Shown: in pieces, positions 1 to 9,920 of the stretch
Position numbering within the stretch: position 1 is the stretch's first letter
How the letters are laid out: each line of letters opens with the position of its first letter
Source: Parcubacteria group bacterium
GTDB taxonomy: Bacteria > Patescibacteriota > Minisyncoccia > Moranbacterales > UBA11712
Length of the DNA: 64,000 bases
Assembly: GCA_041659685.1 (NCBI GenBank)
Contig: JBAZXV010000001.1
Span: 97,616-161,615, forward strand
Direction of reading: 5' to 3'
Translations under genes and position numbers: made by a program
Notes under the pieces: generated by a model
What the model saw: only the letters and a program-made list of their open reading frames with translations
Databases searched by the model: none
Told to the model about the DNA's origin: nothing

Positions 1-2
1 TT

Positions 3-197
3 TATGTCGGCGTAAAGCCGGAAAAAATAATGCAGCGGGAACGGAAACCGGACCAGGGAATGGGATATTTGGTGGAAAAAGAAAAGATATACAAACGTAA
101 AATTGAGGATTGGCAGATGATTGCGGTTGACGGTGAGGAAAAAAAAGAAGAAATATTTAATAAGATAAAATTCAAGATTTGGGGCGAAACTTCCTAA
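3..197 (+). CDS. 3' end of a probable nucleotide (thymidylate-like) kinase, truncated by the window edge
   Basis: Open frame YVGVKPEKIMQRERKPDQ...IAVDGEEKKEEIFNKI...ETS*, resembling the lid and C-terminus of dTMP kinases. The P-loop is not in the window. Confidence 0.5.
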   Translation, partial: YVGVKPEKIMQRERKPDQGMGYLVEKEKIYKRKIEDWQMIAVDGEEKKEEIFNKIKFKIWGETS

Positions 198-239
198 CAC
201 CTGATGTTAGGACGCTCCTAACATCAGGTGTTAGGAAGT
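189..239. repeat. Perfect 24-bp inverted repeat made of two TCCTAAC-N7-GTTAGGA units
   Basis: ACTTCCTAACACCTGATGTTAGGA-CGC-TCCTAACATCAGGTGTTAGGAAGT. Confidence 0.9.
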
Positions 240-240
240 A

Positions 241-1746
241 ATGTCAAAATTTCTCGTAAAATCTTTTTTTTGGGTAACTATCTCGGAGATTATCTATAAT
301 CTTTCCGCCTATGTCATTCATGCCGTAATGGGGCGGGTTTTGGGGCCGGCAGATTACGGGCGGTTCGGGATCATTGTTACTCTTACGACAATGACGGTCG
401 TTCTTATCGGGCAAAGCGTCCCGACGGCGATGTCAAAATATCTGAGTGAAGTCTTTGAAAAGGAAAAAGGATTAATCCCAGTCATTAAACGGCAAACGAT
501 TAAGATTCAGAGCGTAATCATCGGATCAGTGACTGTGATTTTTTTCTTCCTTTCGCCGGTTATTGCCCGAATTCTCAATGATTCTTCACTTACTAATCTT
601 TTTCGGCTTTCTTCTCTCGTGATCCCCGCTTTCGCCCTGGCCTCTTTCTATTTCTATTACTACACTGGAATTCACAAATTTAAAATTCAGGCTTTTCTCA
701 AGACGAACAGGGGCATCATGCGGATTGTTTTCATTATTGGCCTGGCGCTCTTCCTAAGGTCTCGCGGAATGGCACTCGAAGGAGCCATTCTCGGATACGT
801 AATTGCTCCGCTCTCGATTTTCTTCGAAGCTTTTGCTCTTGATCCGTACAGGAAATTATCTCCGAAAGGAAATTTTAACTGGAAAAAACTGGTTATTTTC
901 GCTTGGCCTGTCACGATTTTTCTTATCGCCTATCAGCTCCTTAACACGATCGATCTTTATCTCGTGAAGGGCATCCTGCGTTCCGACTTCCAGACGGGAA
1001 TATACAATGCCGCTTATACAGTGGGCACTATCCCCTATAATCTTTTTTACGCCCTTACCATAATTCTCCTGCCTTCGATTTCAAAATCAACTTCGGAAAA
1101 TAATTTTAGTGAAACAAAAAAAATCATTAGCCAATCACTGCGGTTCCTGGTCATGTTCCTTTTGCCTGTTTGTCTTTTAATGTCTTATTTCTCTCTTCCG
1201 ATCATTAAAATATTTTTCTCTTCAGAATACGCTCTTTCCGCGCCCGTAATGTCCGTTTATGTGATTGCGGAGGGATTTTTGACCGTGTTTTATGTTCTTA
1301 CTTTCATTCTGAACGGGGCCGGAAAAGTGAAACTGCCGATGATAACGGCGATTATCGGCCTGATGCTGAATTCATTTCTTACCTATTTTTTAATCAAAAG
1401 CTATGGGATTATGGGGGCGGCGGCCGGAACGGCGTTTATGGCGCTCGTGGTAATGACAGCGGGGCTTTACTATGCGTACCGGGAATTCGGATATTTGTTT
1501 AAGTTTTCGAGTTTTACCAAGATTATGCTGGCATCCGCCGCAATGTCCGCTCTGGCCTTTGTTTTTCCGAGAAACAACAATTATTTTATCGTTTGGTCGA
1601 TTCTTCTTTTCGGAATTTATTTTGCTATTCTCTATTTGCTTCGCGAAATCAGTGCCGGAGATCTGGCGCTGGTCCGAGAGATGGTCCGGCGCAAGAAATC
1701 AAGACGCGAAGAAATTCGGGATGTCGAGGGGATAGACGGAGAATAA
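241..1746 (+). CDS. Wzx-type polysaccharide flippase (MOP superfamily)
   Basis: 501 aa, ~14 TM segments; RVLGPADYG and GIYNAAY motifs typical of oligosaccharide flippases. Confidence 0.85.
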   Translation: MSKFLVKSFFWVTISEIIYNLSAYVIHAVMGRVLGPADYGRFGIIVTLTTMTVVLIGQSVPTAMSKYLSEVFEKEKGLIPVIKRQTIKIQSVIIGSVTVIFFFLSPVIARILNDSSLTNLFRLSSLVIPAFALASFYFYYYTGIHKFKIQAFLKTNRGIMRIVFIIGLALFLRSRGMALEGAILGYVIAPLSIFFEAFALDPYRKLSPKGNFNWKKLVIFAWPVTIFLIAYQLLNTIDLYLVKGILRSDFQTGIYNAAYTVGTIPYNLFYALTIILLPSISKSTSENNFSETKKIISQSLRFLVMFLLPVCLLMSYFSLPIIKIFFSSEYALSAPVMSVYVIAEGFLTVFYVLTFILNGAGKVKLPMITAIIGLMLNSFLTYFLIKSYGIMGAAAGTAFMALVVMTAGLYYAYREFGYLFKFSSFTKIMLASAAMSALAFVFPRNNNYFIVWSILLFGIYFAILYLLREISAGDLALVREMVRRKKSRREEIRDVEGIDGE

Positions 1747-1900
1747 TCATATGAAAGACATATTTCTGATGCGGTCTGGGAAAATAATGCGAAATATTAA
1801 TTTCTGCCTTCGAAATAAAAGACCCTGATCCGGGCCTTTTTATTATTCGAAAAAATTGATATCTATTTATTTTTTGCGTCTCAGAAACACAGTCGGGATT

Positions 1901-2734
1901 CTATTTTTTTGCCAGTCGGACCGTGTTCCAAAGCAGCATGGCCACCGTCATAGGTCCGACTCCGCCGGGAACGGGCGTAATGAATGAGGCCTTTTTTGAA
2001 ACAGAAGAAAATTCGGCGTCACCGGAGAGTTTCTTTCCGTGCCGGTGAATTCCGGCGTCAATCACGACCGCTCCTTTCTTTACCATATTTCCTCTTATTA
2101 AATTCTCGACTCCGGTCGCGACAACCAAAATATCGGCTTTTTCGGTGTATTTTCCTAAGTTTTCGGTTTTGTCGTGGCAAATGGTTGCCGTTGCGCCTCT
2201 TCCGAGAAGCATTTCGGCCAGCGGCTTGCCGACAATATCGGAATATCCGACTACCACGGCATATTTTCCCGAAAGGGCGATCTTATATTCCTCAAAAATT
2301 TTTATAATTCCAATGGCGGTCGCCGGAATAACGGTGGATTTTTTTTCTCCGACCTGGAGAAACTTTCCGAAGTTCCGGTGATTGAGGCAATCCGCATCTT
2401 TTTTTGGATCGATTGACTCGATGATTTCATATTTGTCGAGATGTTTTGGGATGGGAAGCTGGAGAATAATTCCCGTGATTTTGTTGTCGCAGTTCAATTT
2501 TTCAATTTCAGCCATCAGTTTTATTTTTGAAATATTTGCAGGGAGAATCACTTCCCTGCTTCCGATTCCCACTTCTTCGCAGGATTTTTTCTTATTTCGG
2601 ACATAGATTTTCGAAGCCTCGTCGTTTCCGACAAGCACCATTGCCAAAACAGGCTTCTTTTTCATTTGGGAAACTTGCCTTTTGAGATTATTTTGTATCT
2701 TTTGAGCTAATCTTTTTCCGTCTAATAATTTCAT
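1901..2734 (-). CDS. folD: Bifunctional methylene-THF dehydrogenase/cyclohydrolase
   Basis: LDGK, YVRNK, GIILQLP, VGKP and ITPVPGGVGPMTVAML motifs. Confidence 0.97.
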   Translation of the reverse strand: MKLLDGKRLAQKIQNNLKRQVSQMKKKPVLAMVLVGNDEASKIYVRNKKKSCEEVGIGSREVILPANISKIKLMAEIEKLNCDNKITGIILQLPIPKHLDKYEIIESIDPKKDADCLNHRNFGKFLQVGEKKSTVIPATAIGIIKIFEEYKIALSGKYAVVVGYSDIVGKPLAEMLLGRGATATICHDKTENLGKYTEKADILVVATGVENLIRGNMVKKGAVVIDAGIHRHGKKLSGDAEFSSVSKKASFITPVPGGVGPMTVAMLLWNTVRLAKK

Positions 2735-4026
2735 AAGCCTTTATAAAGCGGAAATTCCTGGCACAACTGAGTAACCACTCCCGCGCATTTTCTGACGTTC
2801 TTTTTATTTTCGAGAGTGTCGGCAATAGCATTTCCGAGGATTTCCATCTCTTTCTCCTTCATTCCGCGAATAGTTACGCAAGGCGTGCCAAGGCGAATGC
2901 CGCTGGGGTTATAGGGAGGGTTTGGGTCATGCGGTATGGCATTTTTATTGAGAGAAATCCCGATTTTTTCAAGTCTTTCTTCGGCTTCCTTGCCGGCAAT
3001 TCCAAACGGCGTAACGTCCATCAGAATCAGATGATTGTCAGTTCCGCCGGTCATAAGCCGGAGACCGCGCGCATTAAAAATCTCGGCCAGCTTCTGGGCG
3101 TTTTTAATGACCTGCTTGGCCCAATCCCTGAATTCCTTCGTGGAAGCTTCCTTAAGGGCAATCGCGATTCCTGCAATCGTGTGCATGTGGGGTCCGCCCT
3201 GAAGGCCCGGGAAAATGGAACGGTCTATAAGGGTCGGCAAATCCTTTCGGGTGGGATTTTTGACTGGCCTTAAGGGGTCGGACGGATCGCCGTTGCACAT
3301 TATCATGCCGGCTCTCGGGCCGCGAAGGGTCTTGTGGGTCGTTGTCGTGACGATATCGGCTATTCCCACCGGGCTCGGGTGCACGCCTGCCGCAACAAGT
3401 CCGGCGATGTGGGCGATGTCGGCCAAAAGATAAGCCCCGACTTTTTTCGCAATGCCTGCGAATTTTTGGAAATCAATCACCCGCGGGTAGGCTGTATAGC
3501 CGCAAATAATCACTTTGGGCTTGTGTTCTTTCGCCAGTCTTTCAATTTCTTCAAAATCGATAAAGCCGTTTTTATCCGTCGTATATTGAACGGAATTAAA
3601 ATATTTTCCGGTGACGCTTACTTTCCAGCCGTGGGTGAGATGGCCTCCGAAACGAAGATCCATCCCCATGATCGTGTCGCCGGGAGCGCAAACGGCGTTC
3701 AGGGCCGCGAAATTAGCCGGCGAGCCTGAATATGGCTGGACATTGGCATGGTCAACCTTGAAAAGCGATTTTGCGCGCCTAATGGCGATTTGCTCCACGA
3801 TGTCGGTGTATTTTTGTCCGCCGTAATATCTTTTTTTCGGAAAACCTTCGGAATACTTATTTTCAAAAACAGAGCCGATAGCTTCGAGAACCGCCCGCGA
3901 AGCATAAGATTCGGAAGGAATCATTTCGAGCCCATTTTGCTGGCGGTCGAGTTCTCCCGTCACGGCGCTGAAAACTTCTTTGTCCTCCGCTTTGATATGT
4001 TTATATACCTGGTCGCGCTGTTTCAT
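2731..4026 (-). CDS. glyA: Serine hydroxymethyltransferase
   Basis: NKYSEG, GGHLTHG, TTTHKTLRGPR (PLP lysine) and GTDNHL. Confidence 0.98.
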   Translation of the reverse strand: MKQRDQVYKHIKAEDKEVFSAVTGELDRQQNGLEMIPSESYASRAVLEAIGSVFENKYSEGFPKKRYYGGQKYTDIVEQIAIRRAKSLFKVDHANVQPYSGSPANFAALNAVCAPGDTIMGMDLRFGGHLTHGWKVSVTGKYFNSVQYTTDKNGFIDFEEIERLAKEHKPKVIICGYTAYPRVIDFQKFAGIAKKVGAYLLADIAHIAGLVAAGVHPSPVGIADIVTTTTHKTLRGPRAGMIMCNGDPSDPLRPVKNPTRKDLPTLIDRSIFPGLQGGPHMHTIAGIAIALKEASTKEFRDWAKQVIKNAQKLAEIFNARGLRLMTGGTDNHLILMDVTPFGIAGKEAEERLEKIGISLNKNAIPHDPNPPYNPSGIRLGTPCVTIRGMKEKEMEILGNAIADTLENKKNVRKCAGVVTQLCQEFPLYKGL

Positions 4027-4244
4027 TTTATTTGATTTAGTTATTTATTTTTTTAGGTGAAATATATTAATTCCACTTTAATTTCTTCTTAAGAAAGCTT
4101 AATTATGTTAATATAGTAACAAATAAGGAAGGCTAAAGCAAATGCTTGTCCCGTTATAAATCTTATTTTTGCTCGGCAATTTAGCGGGAAAACATTGTCT
4201 TTTCATAAAGCCGGTTTATTTCCAAGAATGTTATTTCTAACAGG

Positions 4245-5141
4245 ATGAAAGAATCAATTTTGTATGAAAAACTAGAGAAAAAAAGAGTGCGATGCAAAAC
4301 TTGCAGTCATTATTGCTCTATTGCGCCGGCGAAGCGCGGAATTTGCGGAGTGCGGGAGAATATCGGCGGAAAACTTTATTTTCTTCCCTACGGACGGGCG
4401 ATTGCGACTCAGATTGACCCGATCGAAAAAAAGCCGCTCTATCATTTTATGCCCGGGACGAAAACATTCTCAGTCGCCACTGTCGGATGCAACTTGCGAT
4501 GCGGCAATTGTCAAAACTGGTCGATTTCGCAATTTCCGAAAAATCCCAAAATAACGCGCGAGCTGATAGAAAAAAGCGGAGACGATTTGCCTCCGAAAGA
4601 AATTGTGCGGCTTGCCAAAGAATTCGGCTGTCCAAGCATCTCCTATACCTATACCGAGCCGACAATTTTTCTTGAATACGCGCTTGATACGATGAAACTG
4701 GCAAAAAAAGCCGGCCTCAAAAATGTTTGGGTTTCGAACGGGTTTATGAGCGAGGAAACATTTTCCGTCGCCCAGCCCTATCTTGATGCGATAAACATTG
4801 ACATAAAGTCATTTGAAGAAAAATTCTATCGTGAAGATTGCGGTGCCCGTCTCCAGCCGGTTCTTGAGAATTGCAAAAGAGCCGCAAAGGACAATATCTG
4901 GCTTGAAATAACAACGCTTATCATCCCAGGTCTGTCGGACGGCGAAAAAATGCTTCACAAAATCGCAAATTTCATCAAAAATGAACTGGGAGACTCCGTG
5001 CCCTGGCACATTAGCGCATTTTCCGGCGCGATTTCCTGGAAACTGGGGCATCTTCCCGATACGCCTCTTGAAAAAATGAAGGAAGCATGCGAAATTGGAA
5101 AATCAGAAGGACTTAAATATGTCCATATGGGAAATATATGA
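4245..5141 (+). CDS. amrS: AmmeMemoRadiSam system radical SAM enzyme
   Basis: CxxCxHxC...CGVREN, DPIEKKPLYHF, CNLRCGNCQNW and YTYTEP; adjacent to MEMO-like and AMMECR1 genes. Confidence 0.92.
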   Translation: MKESILYEKLEKKRVRCKTCSHYCSIAPAKRGICGVRENIGGKLYFLPYGRAIATQIDPIEKKPLYHFMPGTKTFSVATVGCNLRCGNCQNWSISQFPKNPKITRELIEKSGDDLPPKEIVRLAKEFGCPSISYTYTEPTIFLEYALDTMKLAKKAGLKNVWVSNGFMSEETFSVAQPYLDAINIDIKSFEEKFYREDCGARLQPVLENCKRAAKDNIWLEITTLIIPGLSDGEKMLHKIANFIKNELGDSVPWHISAFSGAISWKLGHLPDTPLEKMKEACEIGKSEGLKYVHMGNI

Positions 5142-5935
5142 TTAGATTTTCAGCCATCACTCCTCATCCCCCGATTATTATTCCGGCAATAGGTCGGAAC
5201 GACTTGAATTTATGCCGAAAAACCGTGAACGCCATGAAAGCGATTGGGGAAAAATTTCGAGCGGTAAAATCCGAGACGGTTGTCTTAATCTCTCCGCACG
5301 GGCCGGTTCAGTATGATAAATTTATTATAAATTATTCTCCCATCCTGCGCGGCGATCTGAGTCAGTTTGGCGACAATCGGAATTTTGCCTTTGAAAACGA
5401 CAGGGAGTTGGTTGATGAAATAGCCTCTGAACTCAGGAACGGATATGCTCCGGTCGGCTTTGCGCGGGAGCTAAAACTTGATCACGGGGCGCTGGTTCCT
5501 CTTCACTATCTCATGAATCCAAAAGACATAAGTTACAATCCTAAATTGATTCACATGTCATTTTCAATGCTTCCTCTTGATTTTCATTATCGTTTCGGCC
5601 AAATTATGGGCAGGATATTACAGGCTTCAAAAAAGACTGTTTCTATCATCGCCAGCGGAGATATGTCTCATCGGGTAACAGTTGACGCGCCGGCCGGATA
5701 TTCGCCCCAGGGAAGGGTTTTTGACAAGCATCTGGAGGCGCTTATCAAACAAAAAAACATTAAAGGAATCCTGAATGTCGATAAGGATTTGGTTGAGGAA
5801 GCCGGAGAATGCGGACTTCGCTCAGTAGTTATGATGCTGGGAGCGATTTCAGAATTGCGGTGGGAAATAAAATCGATGAGTTATGAAGCTCCTTTTGGCG
5901 TGGGATACCTGACAGCGAGTATAAATATAAAATAA
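5138..5935 (+). CDS. MEMO/LigB-like protein (AmmeMemoRadiSam protein B-like)
   Basis: PHPP, SPH, DHG, SGDMSH, ECG and YEAPFGVGY motifs. Confidence 0.8.
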   Translation: MIRFSAITPHPPIIIPAIGRNDLNLCRKTVNAMKAIGEKFRAVKSETVVLISPHGPVQYDKFIINYSPILRGDLSQFGDNRNFAFENDRELVDEIASELRNGYAPVGFARELKLDHGALVPLHYLMNPKDISYNPKLIHMSFSMLPLDFHYRFGQIMGRILQASKKTVSIIASGDMSHRVTVDAPAGYSPQGRVFDKHLEALIKQKNIKGILNVDKDLVEEAGECGLRSVVMMLGAISELRWEIKSMSYEAPFGVGYLTASINIK

Positions 5936-5976
5936 TTAAAATCCCGCCGTTCGCCAAAGCGGCGCGGACTATCCGC

Positions 5977-6495
5977 ATGAATTATCACGTACAGCTGGCT
6001 AAATCCGCCATTGAAGAATATGTCAGGTCGGAAAAAATTATTGACGTTCCGGAAAATCTTCCGGCGGAATTCTACAAAAAAAATGGCGGCGTCTTTGTGA
6101 CGATTTCAGGCGGAGAAGGCCTCCGCGGATGCGTCGGAACATACTCGCCGGCCTACGCCAGTCTTGCCGAAGAAATAATAATGAATGCGGTCGCGGCCTG
6201 TTCGCATGACGACCGTTTCTCCCCGATCTCTCCTGAAGAATTGCCGGAACTTTCACTGGAAGTCAGCCTTTTGAACAGCCCCCGAAAAATTTCCGGCCTT
6301 TTGGAGCTTGATCCAAAAAAATATGGCGTTATCGTGAAGTGTCCTGACGGACGCTGCGGCCTCCTTCTTCCCGATCTTCAGGGAGTGGACAATGTCGAGC
6401 GGCAATTTTCGATTGCCTGCCAGAAAGGGAGAATCAGTCCGGATGATGGAAAAGAGATGGAAATATGGCGATTCGAAGTAAAAAAATACAAGTAA
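5977..6495 (+). CDS. amrA: AMMECR1-domain protein (AmmeMemoRadiSam protein A)
   Basis: GVFVT, LRGCVG, DDRF and GLLLP motifs. Confidence 0.9.
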   Translation: MNYHVQLAKSAIEEYVRSEKIIDVPENLPAEFYKKNGGVFVTISGGEGLRGCVGTYSPAYASLAEEIIMNAVAACSHDDRFSPISPEELPELSLEVSLLNSPRKISGLLELDPKKYGVIVKCPDGRCGLLLPDLQGVDNVERQFSIACQKGRISPDDGKEMEIWRFEVKKYK

Positions 6496-6501
6496 AACTT
6501 A

Positions 6502-8433
6502 ATGGAAAAGAAAAAATATATTATCCAAGTCGCGCCGATTATCCCCCTTCCTGTCTCAAAAAATCAGGTTTTTTCCTATGAATTCGATGAATTTCTTGAT
6601 AAAGGAGCCCTTGTGTCAGCCCCTTTTTATTATCGGCAGATCGAAGGAGTGGTTATTGCTTCTTCAGGATATTTTTCACATGAAGGATAATTTAAGCTGA
6701 AAAAAATCACGAAAGTAATTGAACCGGATTTCCTGACCGCGAAACAGATCGAGCTTGCGAACCACCTATCCCTTTATTATTTGGCTCCTCTTGGCATAGT
6801 CCTCAGGTCAATGCTTCCAAAACGAGTCATCCGGCGCGGAGAGAAGGAAAATATATTGAAAAAAGAAAATCCCGATATTACTAAGGCGAAAGGCGTTTTC
6901 AAGCCGAAAAAACAAGAGACTATTGCCATCATCGGCGGAAAAAATAAGAGGAAGGAATATGTCATAAAAATCATAAAGAAAACATTACGGTCCAAAAAAC
7001 AATGCCTGATTCTTGTTCCGGAAATATTTCACGCCTTCGAACTCTCGGAACAGATCAGGAAAATTTTTCCCGGCGAAGAAATATCTCTCATCCACAGCAA
7101 GGTGGCAAAAGGAAAAATTTATCGGGATTGGAAAAAAATAAAAAATAATGACATCAAGATAATTATTTCCACAAAAGTAGGTGTTTTTCTTCCTTTTTAC
7201 GGACTGGGAGCCGTCGTGGCTGTCGAACCTCAGGATGTTTCCCATAAACAAAGCGAAGCCATGCCCCGTTTTAACGCGGTCTTCGCCGCTGAATTCCTGG
7301 CGAAAAACCATCAGGCGAAAATGCTGTTCAGCGGCAGTATTTTGCCGATAACAAATTATCCGGATTCTGAAGGCCGTCAGCCGACTGTTATCAATTTTCG
7401 AAAAAAAATCGCGGAGCCCAAGGTTGAAGTGGTGAATTTGGCTCTTGAAAAGAAAAAGGCGGATTTTCCGATTTCGGAAGTCCTTTACCAGAATCTTGCC
7501 CGGTCGATAAACTCAAAAAAGCAATCCATTGTTCTTGTGAATAGGAAAGGTCTTTCGACCTTTTCAAAATGCCAGAGCTGCAGTCAGATCCTGAAATGTC
7601 CGAAGTGCAAAAAAGCACTGGTTTATTTTGAAGAACATGAAGAATACCGTTGTCTTCATTGTTCCCATAAAATCGATCTTTTGAGTTCCTGTCCGAACTG
7701 CGGCGGATACCAATTTTCTCACTACGGAATCGGGATTCAAATGGTGGAAAAAAAGCTGAAGAATTTTTTCCCTTCGGTTGTTGTTTCGCGGCTTGATTCG
7801 GACGTGATGAAAAGCTCCAAAAAATATAAGCGTATAAAAGATGACTTTGAGAGCGGGAAAATCAGCATCCTCGTCGGAACACAGATCGCCGTAAGGGACA
7901 TTACCGGAAAAAACCTGAGTTTAGTCGGTGTCGCCGCTGTTCATGATTTTTTTAACCTTCCCGACTTTGGCACCAGAGAAGCGGCGCTATCAAGCCTTTT
8001 TCAGGCAAAAGATTTGCTGGACAAGGACGGTACGCTGGTCCTTCAGACATTTTTACCCAATGATCCGGTAATAAGCTATCTTGGAAGCGAAGACCAGGAA
8101 AGTTTCCTCGAAAACGAAATGAAGTTTCGAAAAAAAATGAATTATCCCCCGTTTAAAAAAATAATAAAACTGGTTTACCGGAGTGATTCGAAAAAAAACG
8201 CCGTCAGAGAGGCAAAAAAAATATTTGACGATATGATGAACGGGGGTGATAATAATATAGAAATAAGCGAACCCTACGAATCCATGTCATCAGGAAAAAG
8301 GGGCTTGTTTCTGATAAATATACTGATAAAAATCCCACCCGACAAAAATTTAGCGGACTTTTCGATTTTTCCGATCGTAAGAGGCCTTAAGAAGGGATGG
8401 GCTGTCGACATTGATCCGGTTTCAATAATTTGA
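6502..8433 (+). pseudogene. priA: Primosomal protein N' (PriA) interrupted by one in-frame TAA at 6688-6690
   Basis: ORFs 6502-6690 and 6781-8433 are in the same frame and read through as PriA (3'-binding domain, LVPEI, HS, four CxxC, YPPF, DIDP). Confidence 0.85.
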
Positions 8434-8446
8434 TTAATATAAGGCA

Positions 8447-8908
8447 ATGCCAACCAGGGCAAAATTAAAAATTATCAAATTTCCCGATGACTTTCTCCGC
8501 AGAAAAACGCGAAAAGTCGAAGAGTTTAAGGACGCCAATCTGCAAAGTCTTGTTTTCGATATGCTTAAAACCATGGAAATTGAAAAAGGAATCGGGCTGG
8601 CGGCTCCCCAGGTCGGGTCGGATTTGAGAATTTGCGTTATAAAAGTCGATAATACGCCCTATATACTGATAAATCCCGAAATAAAATCGTTTTCGCGCAA
8701 GAAAGAGATTTCTGAAGAAGGGTGTCTCAGTTTCCCGGGAAAATATTTTCCGGTGGAGCGTCCCGTGAAAGTCAAAATAAAAGCCCGGGATCTCAAGGGA
8801 AAGAAAATGAAAATAAAAGCGGACGGTCTTCTGGCCCGGGTGCTCCAGCATGAAATTGACCACCTGGACGGCGTTCTGATAATCGACAGGACTATGAAAA
8901 ACTTTTAA
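8447..8908 (+). CDS. def: Peptide deformylase
   Basis: GIGLAAPQ, EGCLS and QHEIDH motifs. Confidence 0.97.
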   Translation: MPTRAKLKIIKFPDDFLRRKTRKVEEFKDANLQSLVFDMLKTMEIEKGIGLAAPQVGSDLRICVIKVDNTPYILINPEIKSFSRKKEISEEGCLSFPGKYFPVERPVKVKIKARDLKGKKMKIKADGLLARVLQHEIDHLDGVLIIDRTMKNF

Positions 8909-8947
8909 ATCGCCGGAAAAGCGGGAGAATTATCTTTTTTCAGAAAA

Positions 8948-9904
8948 ATGCCAATGGATGCAAAAGGAATAAAAATTATTTATTTTGGAACCTCGCATTT
9001 TGCGGAGATTATACTGGACAAGCTGATATCTGAAGGCTTCGAAATTATTGCAGTTGTCACGCAGCCGGACAAAAAAGCAGGAAGAAAACAGATGTATGTC
9101 AGCTCCCCGGTGAAACAGCTTAGTGAAAAATATAGCATCAGCGTTCTTCAGCCCGACACTTTCAATGACGAAGCCATCATTCGGAAGCTTGGAAATATGA
9201 AGCCGGATCTTTTTGTTGTAGCTTCGTATGGCAAGATATTGCCGAAAGCCGTTCTTGGGGTGCCCCGGTTCGGATGCATCAATATCCACGCTTCCCTTCT
9301 TCCGAAATATCGCGGAGCCTCTCCCATTCAAAACGCAATTCTTAACGGAGAAAAAGAAACGGGAGTCACTCTCATGCTCATGAATGAGAAAATGGATCAG
9401 GGCGACATCATTGCTCAGGAGAGCGTAGACATAAAAAAAGCAGAAAATACCGAGATGCTTTCCGAGAGGCTGGCGAAGGTCGGCGCCGAATTGACGGTCA
9501 GAACCGTTCCTCTTTGGACAGGCGGAAAAATAAAGGCAAAAAAACAAGACGAAAATCTTGCGACCTATTGCCGGCCGATAAGAAAGGAAGACGGAAGGAT
9601 CGATTGGAGAAATTCCGCGGAAGAGATAGAGCGGCGCTTTCTGGCTTTCCAGATTTGGCCTGGAATATGGACAGAAATAAAACAAAATTCAAAAAGACTT
9701 AAACTTCTCAGCATAAAACCGGAAGGTGAAAGCATGGGTGGCGAAGATGCCGGAAAAGTTATAAAATACGATCAAAAGGCAGCAGTTCAAACCGGAAAAG
9801 GAATTATAATTTTGGAAGAAGTTCAACTGGAAGGGAAAAAGGCGGTTCCTATTAGCGATTTTCTCAAAGGAAATCAAAATTTCATCGGCAGCCGGATTGG
9901 CTAA
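8948..9904 (+). CDS. fmt: Methionyl-tRNA formyltransferase
   Basis: VVTQPDK, NIHASLLPKYRGASPIQ and MDQGDI; follows def. Confidence 0.97.
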   Translation: MPMDAKGIKIIYFGTSHFAEIILDKLISEGFEIIAVVTQPDKKAGRKQMYVSSPVKQLSEKYSISVLQPDTFNDEAIIRKLGNMKPDLFVVASYGKILPKAVLGVPRFGCINIHASLLPKYRGASPIQNAILNGEKETGVTLMLMNEKMDQGDIIAQESVDIKKAENTEMLSERLAKVGAELTVRTVPLWTGGKIKAKKQDENLATYCRPIRKEDGRIDWRNSAEEIERRFLAFQIWPGIWTEIKQNSKRLKLLSIKPEGESMGGEDAGKVIKYDQKAAVQTGKGIIILEEVQLEGKKAVPISDFLKGNQNFIGSRIG

Positions 9905-9920
9905 AATATAAACAAAAAAA

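Noticed and set aside
4027-4244. THF or ZTP riboswitch upstream of glyA-folD
   Set aside because: The region is AT-rich with no recognisable aptamer motifs
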